Positions 19,144-28,079 of a DNA stretch of 54,755 nucleotides are shown here, piece by piece. Below the pieces are notes generated by a model. It was not told the DNA's origin. It did not search any database and worked only from the letters and a program-made list of their open reading frames with translations. Position 1 is the stretch's first letter; each line of letters begins with the position of its first letter. The stretch is from sequence record SRR20825006_1162. One strand, given 5' to 3'. The position numbers were made by a program, and so were the translations under genes.

Positions 19144-21465
19144 ATGAAACTCATAAAAACGCTCTTTTTCTTTTTTAGTATCGCTTTACTAGGCTGCGCC
19201 GAAAGTGAAAATCCATCATTTACCGAAGCTGATCTTGTTTTGATTCCCCAGCCTAAATCTTTAGAATTACATTCGGGCAGTTTTGAGATCACTCCGGAAA
19301 CTCGTTTTGTAATCGCAAATGATAGCCTAAAAGAACTAACGGGGATCATCAATGATTTACTCTCAAATTCTGCGGACTTTAGTTTAGATGTTGCCTCAGA
19401 AGAAACTGCTAACAGCATTCAGCTAAGTATTAATTCTGAATTGGAAGAAGAAGCATATACACTTGATGTTACTGCAGAAAAAGTGCTTTTAGAAGCCAAT
19501 TCAAAATTGGGTTTTGTCTATGGATTAGAAACTATCAGGCAATTGCTTCCGAAGGAGGTAGAAAGCAAAACGCAGTTTTCAGATTTAGCCTTGTATATTC
19601 CTAATGTTAACATTGACGACGCACCACAATATTCCTATCGTGGAAGTCATTTAGATGTTTCTCGACATTTTTTTGGTAAAGAATACATCAAAAAGCATTT
19701 GGATCGTATGGCGTTTTTAAAACTGAATACGTTTCACTTTCACCTTGTAGACGATCAGGGGTGGCGCATTGAGATCAAAAAATATCCTAAGCTTACTGAA
19801 GTTGGTGCTTATCGCGTAGATCAAGAAGATAAACACTGGAATGCCCGTACAAAAAACGACCCTGAGGAAAAAGGAACTTACGGCGGTTTTTACACGCAAG
19901 AAGATATTAAAGAGATTGTTGCCTATGCGCAAGCAAAAGGAATTTGCGTAATTCCTGAAATTGAAATGCCGGCGCACGTGATGAGTGCGATCGCGGCGTA
20001 CCCGTGGTTATCGTGCACCGATGAGCCTATTGCGGTTCCGTCTGGTGGCGTTTGGCCTATTACAGACATTTACTGTCCCGGTAAAGAAACCACTTTTGAA
20101 TTTTTAGAAGATGTGCTAACCGAAGTGATGGCGCTTTTTCCGGGAGAGTACATTCACGCCGGCGGTGATGAAGCCACGAGAACCAATTGGGAAACCTGCC
20201 CTTCTTGTCAAAAATTAATGCGAGAAGAAGGCCTTGCTGACACTGGTGAATTGCAAAGCTATTTTATGAAGCGCATCGAGAAATTTCTCAGTGAGCATAA
20301 TCGAACCTTAATTGGTTGGGATGAGATCCTGGAAGGTGGTTTGCCACAAAAGGCCACGGTGATGAGTTGGCGTGGTTTTCAAGGTGGTTGGGAAGCGACC
20401 AAGGCTGGTCACGATGTGATTATGACGCCGGTAAGCCACATGTATTTTGATTATTATCAAGGCAGTCCTGATCACGAACCGGTAGCCTTTAACGCGTTTC
20501 TTCCGTTAGAAAAAGTTTATGAGTTTAGTCCGGTGGTAGACTCAATGAGCATTGAACAAAAGAAACACGTTTTGGGCGGTCAGGCCAATTTATGGGCAGA
20601 ATATATTCCTACTGAAGCGCATTCAGAATATATGCTGTTTCCGAGATTGACAGCCGTTGCTGAGGTGCTTTGGAGTCCGACGGAAAAGACTGACTGGCAA
20701 AATTATACGCATCGTGTGCGTAAAATAATGCAGCGTTTTGATGTGATGGAGATCAATTATGCTAAGAGTGCGTTTGCCGTTCAGCAAGAATCTGCCATAG
20801 ATCTTGAAACCGGAGACATCACCGTGGCTTTACATTCGGAATTCCCGGATACTGAAATTAGATATGTTTTGGGTGAAGCAGAGCTGACCCCAGAAACAGA
20901 TCTTTATCAAACACCTTTAAAAATTGATAGTACGACACGCGTAAAAGCGGCAGTTTTTGAAAACGGAAATCAAATGGGCGATACGATGAATAAGTTTTTT
21001 GACTTTCATCAAGCGGTTGCAAAGCCGGTAAACTATAAATTTGAATATAGCGCGAGTTACCCGTCAACGGGTGAGACAGCTTTGGTCGATGTGCTGCGCG
21101 GAAGCAAATACTTTAAAGATGGTCGCTGGCAGGGATGGATCAATAATCCTGCGGTGGTTACGATCGATCTGCAGGAATTGAAAGAGGTGCAGCAAGTGGT
21201 TGTAGGAACTTTAGAAGAGCAGGGAACCGGTATTTATTTTCCGGAGGAGCTGAAGGTTGAAGTGTCTCAGGATGGAACAAATTTTCAGCAAGTAGCTGAA
21301 ACAACACGAGATTATCAGACAAATCCCGGTGCAAAAATTGAAAATTTCAAGCTTGATTTTAAAAAGCAGCAAGCGCAGTATATTCGAGTGACTATAAAAC
21401 CACTGAGCGAAACTCCAAAAGGGGGCGGCGCGTGGTTATTTGTTGATGAAATTTTAGTGAATTAA
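19144..21465 (+). CDS. GH20 beta-N-acetylhexosaminidase, lipoprotein, with C-terminal Fn3-like and F5/8-type domains
   Basis: LLGC lipobox; RGSHLDVSRHF, HLVDDQGWRIEIKKYP, PEIEMPAH, HAGGDE, GGQANLWAE. Confidence 0.95.
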   Translation: MKLIKTLFFFFSIALLGCAESENPSFTEADLVLIPQPKSLELHSGSFEITPETRFVIANDSLKELTGIINDLLSNSADFSLDVASEETANSIQLSINSELEEEAYTLDVTAEKVLLEANSKLGFVYGLETIRQLLPKEVESKTQFSDLALYIPNVNIDDAPQYSYRGSHLDVSRHFFGKEYIKKHLDRMAFLKLNTFHFHLVDDQGWRIEIKKYPKLTEVGAYRVDQEDKHWNARTKNDPEEKGTYGGFYTQEDIKEIVAYAQAKGICVIPEIEMPAHVMSAIAAYPWLSCTDEPIAVPSGGVWPITDIYCPGKETTFEFLEDVLTEVMALFPGEYIHAGGDEATRTNWETCPSCQKLMREEGLADTGELQSYFMKRIEKFLSEHNRTLIGWDEILEGGLPQKATVMSWRGFQGGWEATKAGHDVIMTPVSHMYFDYYQGSPDHEPVAFNAFLPLEKVYEFSPVVDSMSIEQKKHVLGGQANLWAEYIPTEAHSEYMLFPRLTAVAEVLWSPTEKTDWQNYTHRVRKIMQRFDVMEINYAKSAFAVQQESAIDLETGDITVALHSEFPDTEIRYVLGEAELTPETDLYQTPLKIDSTTRVKAAVFENGNQMGDTMNKFFDFHQAVAKPVNYKFEYSASYPSTGETALVDVLRGSKYFKDGRWQGWINNPAVVTIDLQELKEVQQVVVGTLEEQGTGIYFPEELKVEVSQDGTNFQQVAETTRDYQTNPGAKIENFKLDFKKQQAQYIRVTIKPLSETPKGGGAWLFVDEILVN

Positions 21466-21481
21466 TAGAACATAGAATCCC

Positions 21482-23713
21482 ATGATGTATTCAAGAGTAG
21501 CGTTGTTGCTCGCTTTATGCTTTAGTTTTTTAGCAACGGCCCAACAAAAAGACTACACACAATATGTAAACCCATTTATAGGAACTTCTAATTTTGGGGC
21601 GACGCATCCGGGAGCGATCGCTCCGCGTGGGATGGCGAGCGTTTCTCCGTTTAATGTTGCCGGAAATCAAAATGTATTAGAAAAAGACAGCCGCTGGTTG
21701 TCTAATCCTTATGTGAATGAGAATACCTTCTTAACCGGTTTTAGCCACCTCAATATGAGCGGTGTGGGCTGTCCTGATCTAGGTGTGATCTTGAGTATGC
21801 CAACCACTGGTGAACTCAAAACAGAGCATTTACAGTATGGAACGACCTATAAAAACGAAGAAGCAAAACCGGGATATTATTCGGTCGAATTAGATAAATA
21901 TGATGTAAAAACGGAGCTGACCGCGAGCACCCGTGTGGGTGTGAGCAGGTATAGTTTTCCTGCCGGAAAGGCTAATCTTTTATTGAATTTAGGTCTCGGT
22001 CTTACTAATGAGCACGGGACGATGCTTAAATTCAATTCGCCTACAGAGATTGAAGGTTACCGAATGGTAGGAGCGTTTTGCTACAATAATGCTGAAAGTG
22101 CTTATCCTGTGTATTTCGTCGCACGCATTTCTGAAGCACCTAAGAATTTTGGCATTTGGGATAAACCGGCAAGCTATAAAGGTGTAGAAGCACAGTGGAT
22201 GGGTTACAACGGTAAAACCCGCCTCAAAGAACAATTTATGCGCGAAGTGGTGGGAGATAGCATCGGCGCCTACGTGCAGTATGATTTTGAAAAGCCCACG
22301 CAGGTCGTGATGAAAATCGGAGTGTCTTACGTGAGCATTGCAAATGCACGAGAGAATCTTGATAAGGAAGTAGGTGATGCTACTTTTGATGAGGTATATC
22401 AACAAACCAAAAAATCTTGGAATGACAAATTGAGCGTTGTAGAAGTAGAAGGAGATGATGCAGACGACAAAACCATTTTCTACACCGGCTTGTATCATAC
22501 GCAGATAGCGCCAAGTATTTTGAATGACAGTAATGGCGAATACCCCGCGATGAAAACCCGAGCGACTAAAAAAACTGACGGTACCCGTTATACGGTGTTT
22601 TCGCTATGGGATACCTATCGTAATTACCATCAATTGATGAGTTTGTTGTATCCGCAGGAGCAATTAGATATGGTGAATTCTATGCTTGAGATCTATGATC
22701 AAAATGACTGGCTACCTAAGTGGGAACTTAATGCAACCGAAACCTTTACGATGGTTGGTGATCCGGCAGCAGTAGTTTTAGCAGATACATACCAAAGAGG
22801 AATCACTGGTTTTGATGTAGAAAAAGCATACGCCGCAATGCTCAAAAGTGCTGACGCTAGAGAAAATAATCCGTTGCGCCCGGGTATAGCTGAGTACATT
22901 GATAAAGGTTATGTAAGTGTTGATTCTGGTGTTGCAGGTCCTGTTTCTACCACTCAGGAATATAATATTGCAGATTTTAGTATCGCTCAATTGGCTCAAG
23001 CGATAGGAAAAAAAGAAGATGCTAAGCGTTTTATGAAGCGCGCACTTTCGTATAAAAAACTGTTCAATAAAATATCTGGATTTTTGCAACCTAAAATGTC
23101 TGACGGCACTTGGTACGAACCTTTTGACCCTCTTGCCGGTGCTAATTTTACCGAAAATCCGGGCTTTATAGAAGGTAATGCGTGGCAATATTTATTTATG
23201 CAGCCACACGACATCAAGGGAATGATCAAAATGATGGGTGGTGCCAAAAAATTTGAGGCAAAACTTGATGCACTTTTTGCGGAAGATCAGTTTGATATGG
23301 CTAATGAGCCTGATATTGCGTATCCGTTTTTATACAATTATCTTCCGGGGAAGAGTTATAAAACCCGTGAAAAAGTAGCTGATTTGATCGATACATATTT
23401 TACTAATAAACCTGCAGGGCTTCCGGGTAACGAAGATACCGGGACGATGAGTGCCTGGCTTATTTATGCGATGATGGGCTTTTACCCGATGACTCCGGGC
23501 GAAGCAACCTATACACTTTCGGCACCGCAATTCAACAAGGTGACTATTCATTTGAATCCTGATTTTTATACTAACAGTACCTTGGTGATACAAAATGTTT
23601 CAGAAAACCCAACAAAGGTCTCTGCTGGTTTTTCAATCGACGGAAAATCTATCAAAAAACAAGCAATCACGCATAAAGAATGGGTGAATGCCGGGGAGGT
23701 GATTTTTGAGTAA
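21482..23713 (+). CDS. GH92 alpha-mannosidase (divergent paralog)
   Basis: Signal peptide; YVNPFIGT, FSLWDTYR, IEGNAWQY, ANEPD, PGNEDTGTMSAW. Confidence 0.93.
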   Translation: MMYSRVALLLALCFSFLATAQQKDYTQYVNPFIGTSNFGATHPGAIAPRGMASVSPFNVAGNQNVLEKDSRWLSNPYVNENTFLTGFSHLNMSGVGCPDLGVILSMPTTGELKTEHLQYGTTYKNEEAKPGYYSVELDKYDVKTELTASTRVGVSRYSFPAGKANLLLNLGLGLTNEHGTMLKFNSPTEIEGYRMVGAFCYNNAESAYPVYFVARISEAPKNFGIWDKPASYKGVEAQWMGYNGKTRLKEQFMREVVGDSIGAYVQYDFEKPTQVVMKIGVSYVSIANARENLDKEVGDATFDEVYQQTKKSWNDKLSVVEVEGDDADDKTIFYTGLYHTQIAPSILNDSNGEYPAMKTRATKKTDGTRYTVFSLWDTYRNYHQLMSLLYPQEQLDMVNSMLEIYDQNDWLPKWELNATETFTMVGDPAAVVLADTYQRGITGFDVEKAYAAMLKSADARENNPLRPGIAEYIDKGYVSVDSGVAGPVSTTQEYNIADFSIAQLAQAIGKKEDAKRFMKRALSYKKLFNKISGFLQPKMSDGTWYEPFDPLAGANFTENPGFIEGNAWQYLFMQPHDIKGMIKMMGGAKKFEAKLDALFAEDQFDMANEPDIAYPFLYNYLPGKSYKTREKVADLIDTYFTNKPAGLPGNEDTGTMSAWLIYAMMGFYPMTPGEATYTLSAPQFNKVTIHLNPDFYTNSTLVIQNVSENPTKVSAGFSIDGKSIKKQAITHKEWVNAGEVIFE

Positions 23714-23727
23714 GATGCTCAATATAT

Positions 23728-23753
23728 TTTGCAATTTGATAACAAATTGCAAA
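23728..23753. repeat. Perfect 11-bp inverted repeat (terminator-like hairpin or operator)
   Basis: TTTGCAATTTG-ATAA-CAAATTGCAAA just after the GH92 stop. Confidence 0.6.
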
Positions 23754-23944
23754 TACCAGAGCCCTGCAATTGATGTTATTTAGCTTCTTACAGCCGTTGT
23801 CTATCGAATCTTTTTTGAAATAGTTAAGAAAATTGGGAATTTCATCCTTAGAAAGCTAGATATTGTAGCGCGGTGATGTAGAAATTTCAAAAAAAGTTAG
23901 CTTTTCTAAACATTTTTAAAATCAGCAAAACTCATTCAGTAGAT

Positions 23945-25876
23945 ATGGATTTACAGGTTAAAGATTCAGCATTGATCAAATATGAACCCGCGGGAAAGTT
24001 TGAAGAAACGCGTTTTGAAAAGATACACAACATCAGCTTTCAGAATGCTACCGATGCTTCAGTGATCGTAGCGCAGGAAATTGCAGATTTAATAAAAAGC
24101 AAGGAAGCTGCAGGTGAAAAGTGTGTTTTAGGCCTTGCCACAGGTTCTTCCCCAATTAACGTTTACGCAGAACTTGTGCGTATGCATCAGGAAGAAGGCT
24201 TGAGCTTTAAAAATGTAATCACCTTTAATCTTGACGAATACTGGCCAATGGATAAGTCAGACGTGCAAAGTTATCATTACTTTATGCACGAGCATTTATT
24301 CAATCATGTGGATATTCCTGCAGATCAGGTGAATATCCCAGATGGGACAATATCTCAAGAAGAGATCAAGCCGTTTTGTATCGCTTATGAAGAAAAAATA
24401 AAAGCTGCCGGCGGACTCGATTTTCAACTTTTGGGAATTGGTAGAACCGGTCATATTGGTTTTAACGAACCGGGCTCGCACTTTAATAGTGGAACCCGAA
24501 TGATCACCCTAGATTACCTTACCCGTGCTGATGCTTCAGGAGCGTTTAGAGGTTTGTCTAATGTGCCTAAAAAAGCGATCACTATGGGGATCAATACGGT
24601 ACTTGGCGCTAAGCGAATTGTACTTTTAGGATGGGGGCAAAATAAAGCTGAGATCTTAAATGAGACCATTGAAGGTGAAATTTCTTCACACGTTCCGGCG
24701 ACTTATCTTCAGGAACATGAGAATACCACATTTGTGCTTGACGACGCAGCTGCTTCAGAATTAACCCGAGTGAAAACTCCGTGGTTAGTGGGTACTTGTG
24801 ATTGGACTAAAGAGTTGACTGCAAAGGCGGTGTTTTGGCTTTGTCAAAAAGTAAATAAAACGATTTTAAGTCTTACCGATAAAGATTATAACGACAACGG
24901 GATGTCAGACCTATTGGCGCTTCAAGGTTCTGCGTATAATCTCAATATCGAAATGTTTAACAAGCTGCAGCACACCATTACCGGATGGCCGGGTGGTAAG
25001 CCGGGAGCTGATGATACTAACAGACCAGAGCGTGCAACGCCAGAGAAAAAACGCGTGATTATTTTTAGTCCGCACCCTGACGATGATGTGATCTCTATGG
25101 GAGGTACTTTTGACCGTCTGGTAGAGCAAGGGCACGAGGTGCATATCGCTTATCAAACTTCAGGAAATATCGCAGTTTCAGATCACGAGGCTTTGAAGTT
25201 TGCAGAAGTTGCTGCGCAAATTGGTAACGGAGATAAAGAAAAATTTGCTGCAATTGCAGAACAAATAAAAAACAAACAGCGTAACGAAATCGATCCGGTT
25301 GAAGTACGCCAGTTAAAAGGAATCATCAGACGCTGCGAATCACTAGGAGCGACCCGTTTTGAAGGTGTTCCTGATGAGCACGTTCACTTTTTAGATCTTC
25401 CGTTTTACGAAACAGGAGGAATTAAAAAGAATCCCATGTCACAAGATGATGTAGATATTGTAAATGATCTAATCGCGACTGTTAAGCCGCATCAAATCTA
25501 TGCTGCGGGAGATCTTGCAGATCCGCACGGAACGCATAAAGTGTGTTTAAATATTATATTTGAATCGCTTGAGCAACTTAAGAGCGAGGCGTATATGAAC
25601 GACTGCTGGGTGTGGTTATACCGCGGCGCATGGCACGAGTTTGAAATGCACGAGATCGAGATGGCAGTTCCAATGAGCCCAGATCAGGTGCTGAAAAAGA
25701 GACAGGCCATTTTCTATCACCAATCACAAAAAGATGGTGTGATGTTTCAAGGAGAAGACCTGCGAGAATTTTGGGTGCGTGCAGAAGATCGAAATAAAGA
25801 AACTGCTAGTAAGTACAGAGCTTTAGGTCTTGCCGAATATGCAGCGATGGAAGCATTTATGCGTTATCATTTTTAA
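23945..25876 (+). CDS. nagB: Glucosamine-6-phosphate deaminase fused to a PIG-L/LmbE-like deacetylase domain
   Basis: LGLATGSSP, FNLDEY, LLGIGRTGHIGFNEPGS (NagB); FSPHPDDDVISMGG and DPHGTH (PIG-L-like). Confidence 0.92.
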   Translation: MDLQVKDSALIKYEPAGKFEETRFEKIHNISFQNATDASVIVAQEIADLIKSKEAAGEKCVLGLATGSSPINVYAELVRMHQEEGLSFKNVITFNLDEYWPMDKSDVQSYHYFMHEHLFNHVDIPADQVNIPDGTISQEEIKPFCIAYEEKIKAAGGLDFQLLGIGRTGHIGFNEPGSHFNSGTRMITLDYLTRADASGAFRGLSNVPKKAITMGINTVLGAKRIVLLGWGQNKAEILNETIEGEISSHVPATYLQEHENTTFVLDDAAASELTRVKTPWLVGTCDWTKELTAKAVFWLCQKVNKTILSLTDKDYNDNGMSDLLALQGSAYNLNIEMFNKLQHTITGWPGGKPGADDTNRPERATPEKKRVIIFSPHPDDDVISMGGTFDRLVEQGHEVHIAYQTSGNIAVSDHEALKFAEVAAQIGNGDKEKFAAIAEQIKNKQRNEIDPVEVRQLKGIIRRCESLGATRFEGVPDEHVHFLDLPFYETGGIKKNPMSQDDVDIVNDLIATVKPHQIYAAGDLADPHGTHKVCLNIIFESLEQLKSEAYMNDCWVWLYRGAWHEFEMHEIEMAVPMSPDQVLKKRQAIFYHQSQKDGVMFQGEDLREFWVRAEDRNKETASKYRALGLAEYAAMEAFMRYHF

Positions 25877-25923
25877 GTTGAAAATAGCCGAAAAAGAACT
25901 TTAACGTAAACGAATATTCATCT

Positions 25924-27744
25924 ATGGTAGCTTTAGAAACATTTGATTATGCCATTATCATTGGCTTTTTTGCAACAACCCTGATTGTCGGACTTCTCGT
26001 TGCAAAAAAATCAGGTAAAAGCTCTTCTGAATATTTTCTTTCAGGCCGAAACATGCCGTGGTGGTTGTTGGGGATCTCTATGGTGGCCACAACTTTTTCT
26101 ACCGATACACCTAACTTGGTTACTGATATTGTACGTAATCAAGGCGTAAGCGGTAACTGGGTTTGGTGGGCGTTTTTGATCACCGGGTTACTCACTGTTT
26201 TTGTCTATGCAAAACTCTGGAGAAAGTCTGAAGTGAATACCGATATCGAGTTTTATGAATTGCGGTATGGAGGAAAACCAGCGAAGTTTTTACGTGGTTT
26301 TCGAGCAGTATATTTAGGTGTGATTTTCAACGTAATGGCTATGAGTGCAGTAACGCTTGCTGCTATTAAAATCGGGCAAATTATGCTCGGCTTAACGCCG
26401 TTAGAAACCATAGGTTATGCCGGATTGGTTACCGTGATCTTCAGTACGATAGGAGGGTTTAAAGGAGTTGTTTATACAGATTTTATTCTCTTCTTTGCAG
26501 CAATGGCAGGTGGTATTGGCGCAGCATATTATTGCGTAAATCTCCCAGAAGTTGGTGGGATGGAAGGCCTAATGGCGAATGAAGCGGTTATTAACAAAAT
26601 AAATATACTTCCTGATTTTAATGATACCACGACCCTGATCACACTATTGATCATTCCACTTGCGGTACAGTGGTGGAGTGCTTGGTATCCAGGTGCAGAA
26701 CCCGGAGGTGGTGGTTATATTGCGCAGCGTATGCTTGCGGCTAAAGATGAGAATCACGCAATTGGAGCAACCTTTTTCTTCAATGCTTTGCACTATGCGT
26801 TGCGTCCTTGGCCGTGGATCTTAGTAGCCTTAGCTTCAATTGTAGTATATCCTGATATTGCCAGCATTCACGAGGCATTCCCAAATATTGTGGAAAGTAA
26901 ATTGGGTGATGATTTGGCGTATTCTGCTATGTTGACCAAACTACCAAGCGGATTGTTAGGCTTGGTGATGGCATCGCTGATCGCAGCCTATATGTCAACA
27001 ATTTCAACACATTTGAACTGGGGTTCGTCGTACGTAGTAAATGACTTTTACGCACGCTATGTCAAACCGAAAGCCTCTCAAAAAGAACTGGTAAATGTAG
27101 GCCGAATTTCGACAGTATTGCTGATGGTGGTAAGTTCAGGGGTTGCGTTACTATTGACTAATGCATATCAACTCTTCAATATTATCTTGATGTTTGGAGC
27201 AGGTACCGGATTGATATTTATTCTACGCTGGTTTTGGTGGAGAATCAACGCGTGGAGTGAGATTTCTGCAATGTTCTCTTCGGGAATTATTTCCATTCTT
27301 TTCAACTTTACATCTTTAGGTGTGGTGCTCTTTGGTACCGCCGAAGCAGACGGTGTTTTACCTAACTGGTCAACCTATCCTGTTGTAGTGCTTTTAACTT
27401 CAATTGTTTGGTTAGCAGTCACCTTCTTGACACGTCCTGAAAAGGATAAAACCTTATTTGATTTTTATAAACAAACACAACCTGGTGGTCCCGGTTGGGA
27501 GAAAATTATAATTAAAGCTCGCGCCCAAGGTGCAGCTTTAGTTACGACCAATCAAAAATGGTCTGTTCCTGCGGGTATTTTAGCCACATTAGTAGGTTGT
27601 GTCACAATATATGGTGCACTTTTTAGCACCGGATACTGGATTTACGGGTATTATACCCAAGCTAGCATCCTAACGTTACTCACGCTGATTGCAACCATAG
27701 CCCTGGTGAAGCTATGGCAGCGCATAAAAACGAGAGTTTTTTGA
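25924..27744 (+). CDS. Sodium:solute symporter family transporter
   Basis: Multi-TM; YFLSGRNMPWW, SMVATTF, AQRMLAAK, AAYMST. Confidence 0.92.
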   Translation: MVALETFDYAIIIGFFATTLIVGLLVAKKSGKSSSEYFLSGRNMPWWLLGISMVATTFSTDTPNLVTDIVRNQGVSGNWVWWAFLITGLLTVFVYAKLWRKSEVNTDIEFYELRYGGKPAKFLRGFRAVYLGVIFNVMAMSAVTLAAIKIGQIMLGLTPLETIGYAGLVTVIFSTIGGFKGVVYTDFILFFAAMAGGIGAAYYCVNLPEVGGMEGLMANEAVINKINILPDFNDTTTLITLLIIPLAVQWWSAWYPGAEPGGGGYIAQRMLAAKDENHAIGATFFFNALHYALRPWPWILVALASIVVYPDIASIHEAFPNIVESKLGDDLAYSAMLTKLPSGLLGLVMASLIAAYMSTISTHLNWGSSYVVNDFYARYVKPKASQKELVNVGRISTVLLMVVSSGVALLLTNAYQLFNIILMFGAGTGLIFILRWFWWRINAWSEISAMFSSGIISILFNFTSLGVVLFGTAEADGVLPNWSTYPVVVLLTSIVWLAVTFLTRPEKDKTLFDFYKQTQPGGPGWEKIIIKARAQGAALVTTNQKWSVPAGILATLVGCVTIYGALFSTGYWIYGYYTQASILTLLTLIATIALVKLWQRIKTRVF

Positions 27745-27767
27745 GTTTTTTTAAATTGTTTCTGGTG

Positions 27768-27798
27768 AAAAGGGTGCTCGCAAAAGCACCCTTTTTTT
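27768..27798 (+). terminator. Rho-independent terminator
   Basis: AAAAGGGTGCT-CGCAAA-AGCACCCTTTTTTT. Confidence 0.88.
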
Positions 27799-28079
27799 GT
27801 TTAAGTGAAGACCTGCTTTGGGATTAACTTTAAACTAGTTTAGTATTTTATTTTTAAATCAAGTACAACGTTTTCAAAGGTTGGAGGCGATTACATCTAC
27901 TTTACAAACATTTAAAAAAATCTTAATATTTAGCGTTACTAAGCTACGTTCAGCGGTTATTCAGCGATTATTTTTCAAATCTGTTTAATGTTCTTTTAGT
28001 TTTAAAAAGCTTATTGTTGAAATTCTAACGTAAAGATTGCGTTTTTCACAAAGCGATACCAAAATTGATAAAGAACCTT

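Noticed and set aside
21989-23593. Cluster of antisense ORFs (up to 169 aa) inside the third GH92
   Set aside because: Fully nested opposite a conserved CDS; typical reverse-frame shadows.
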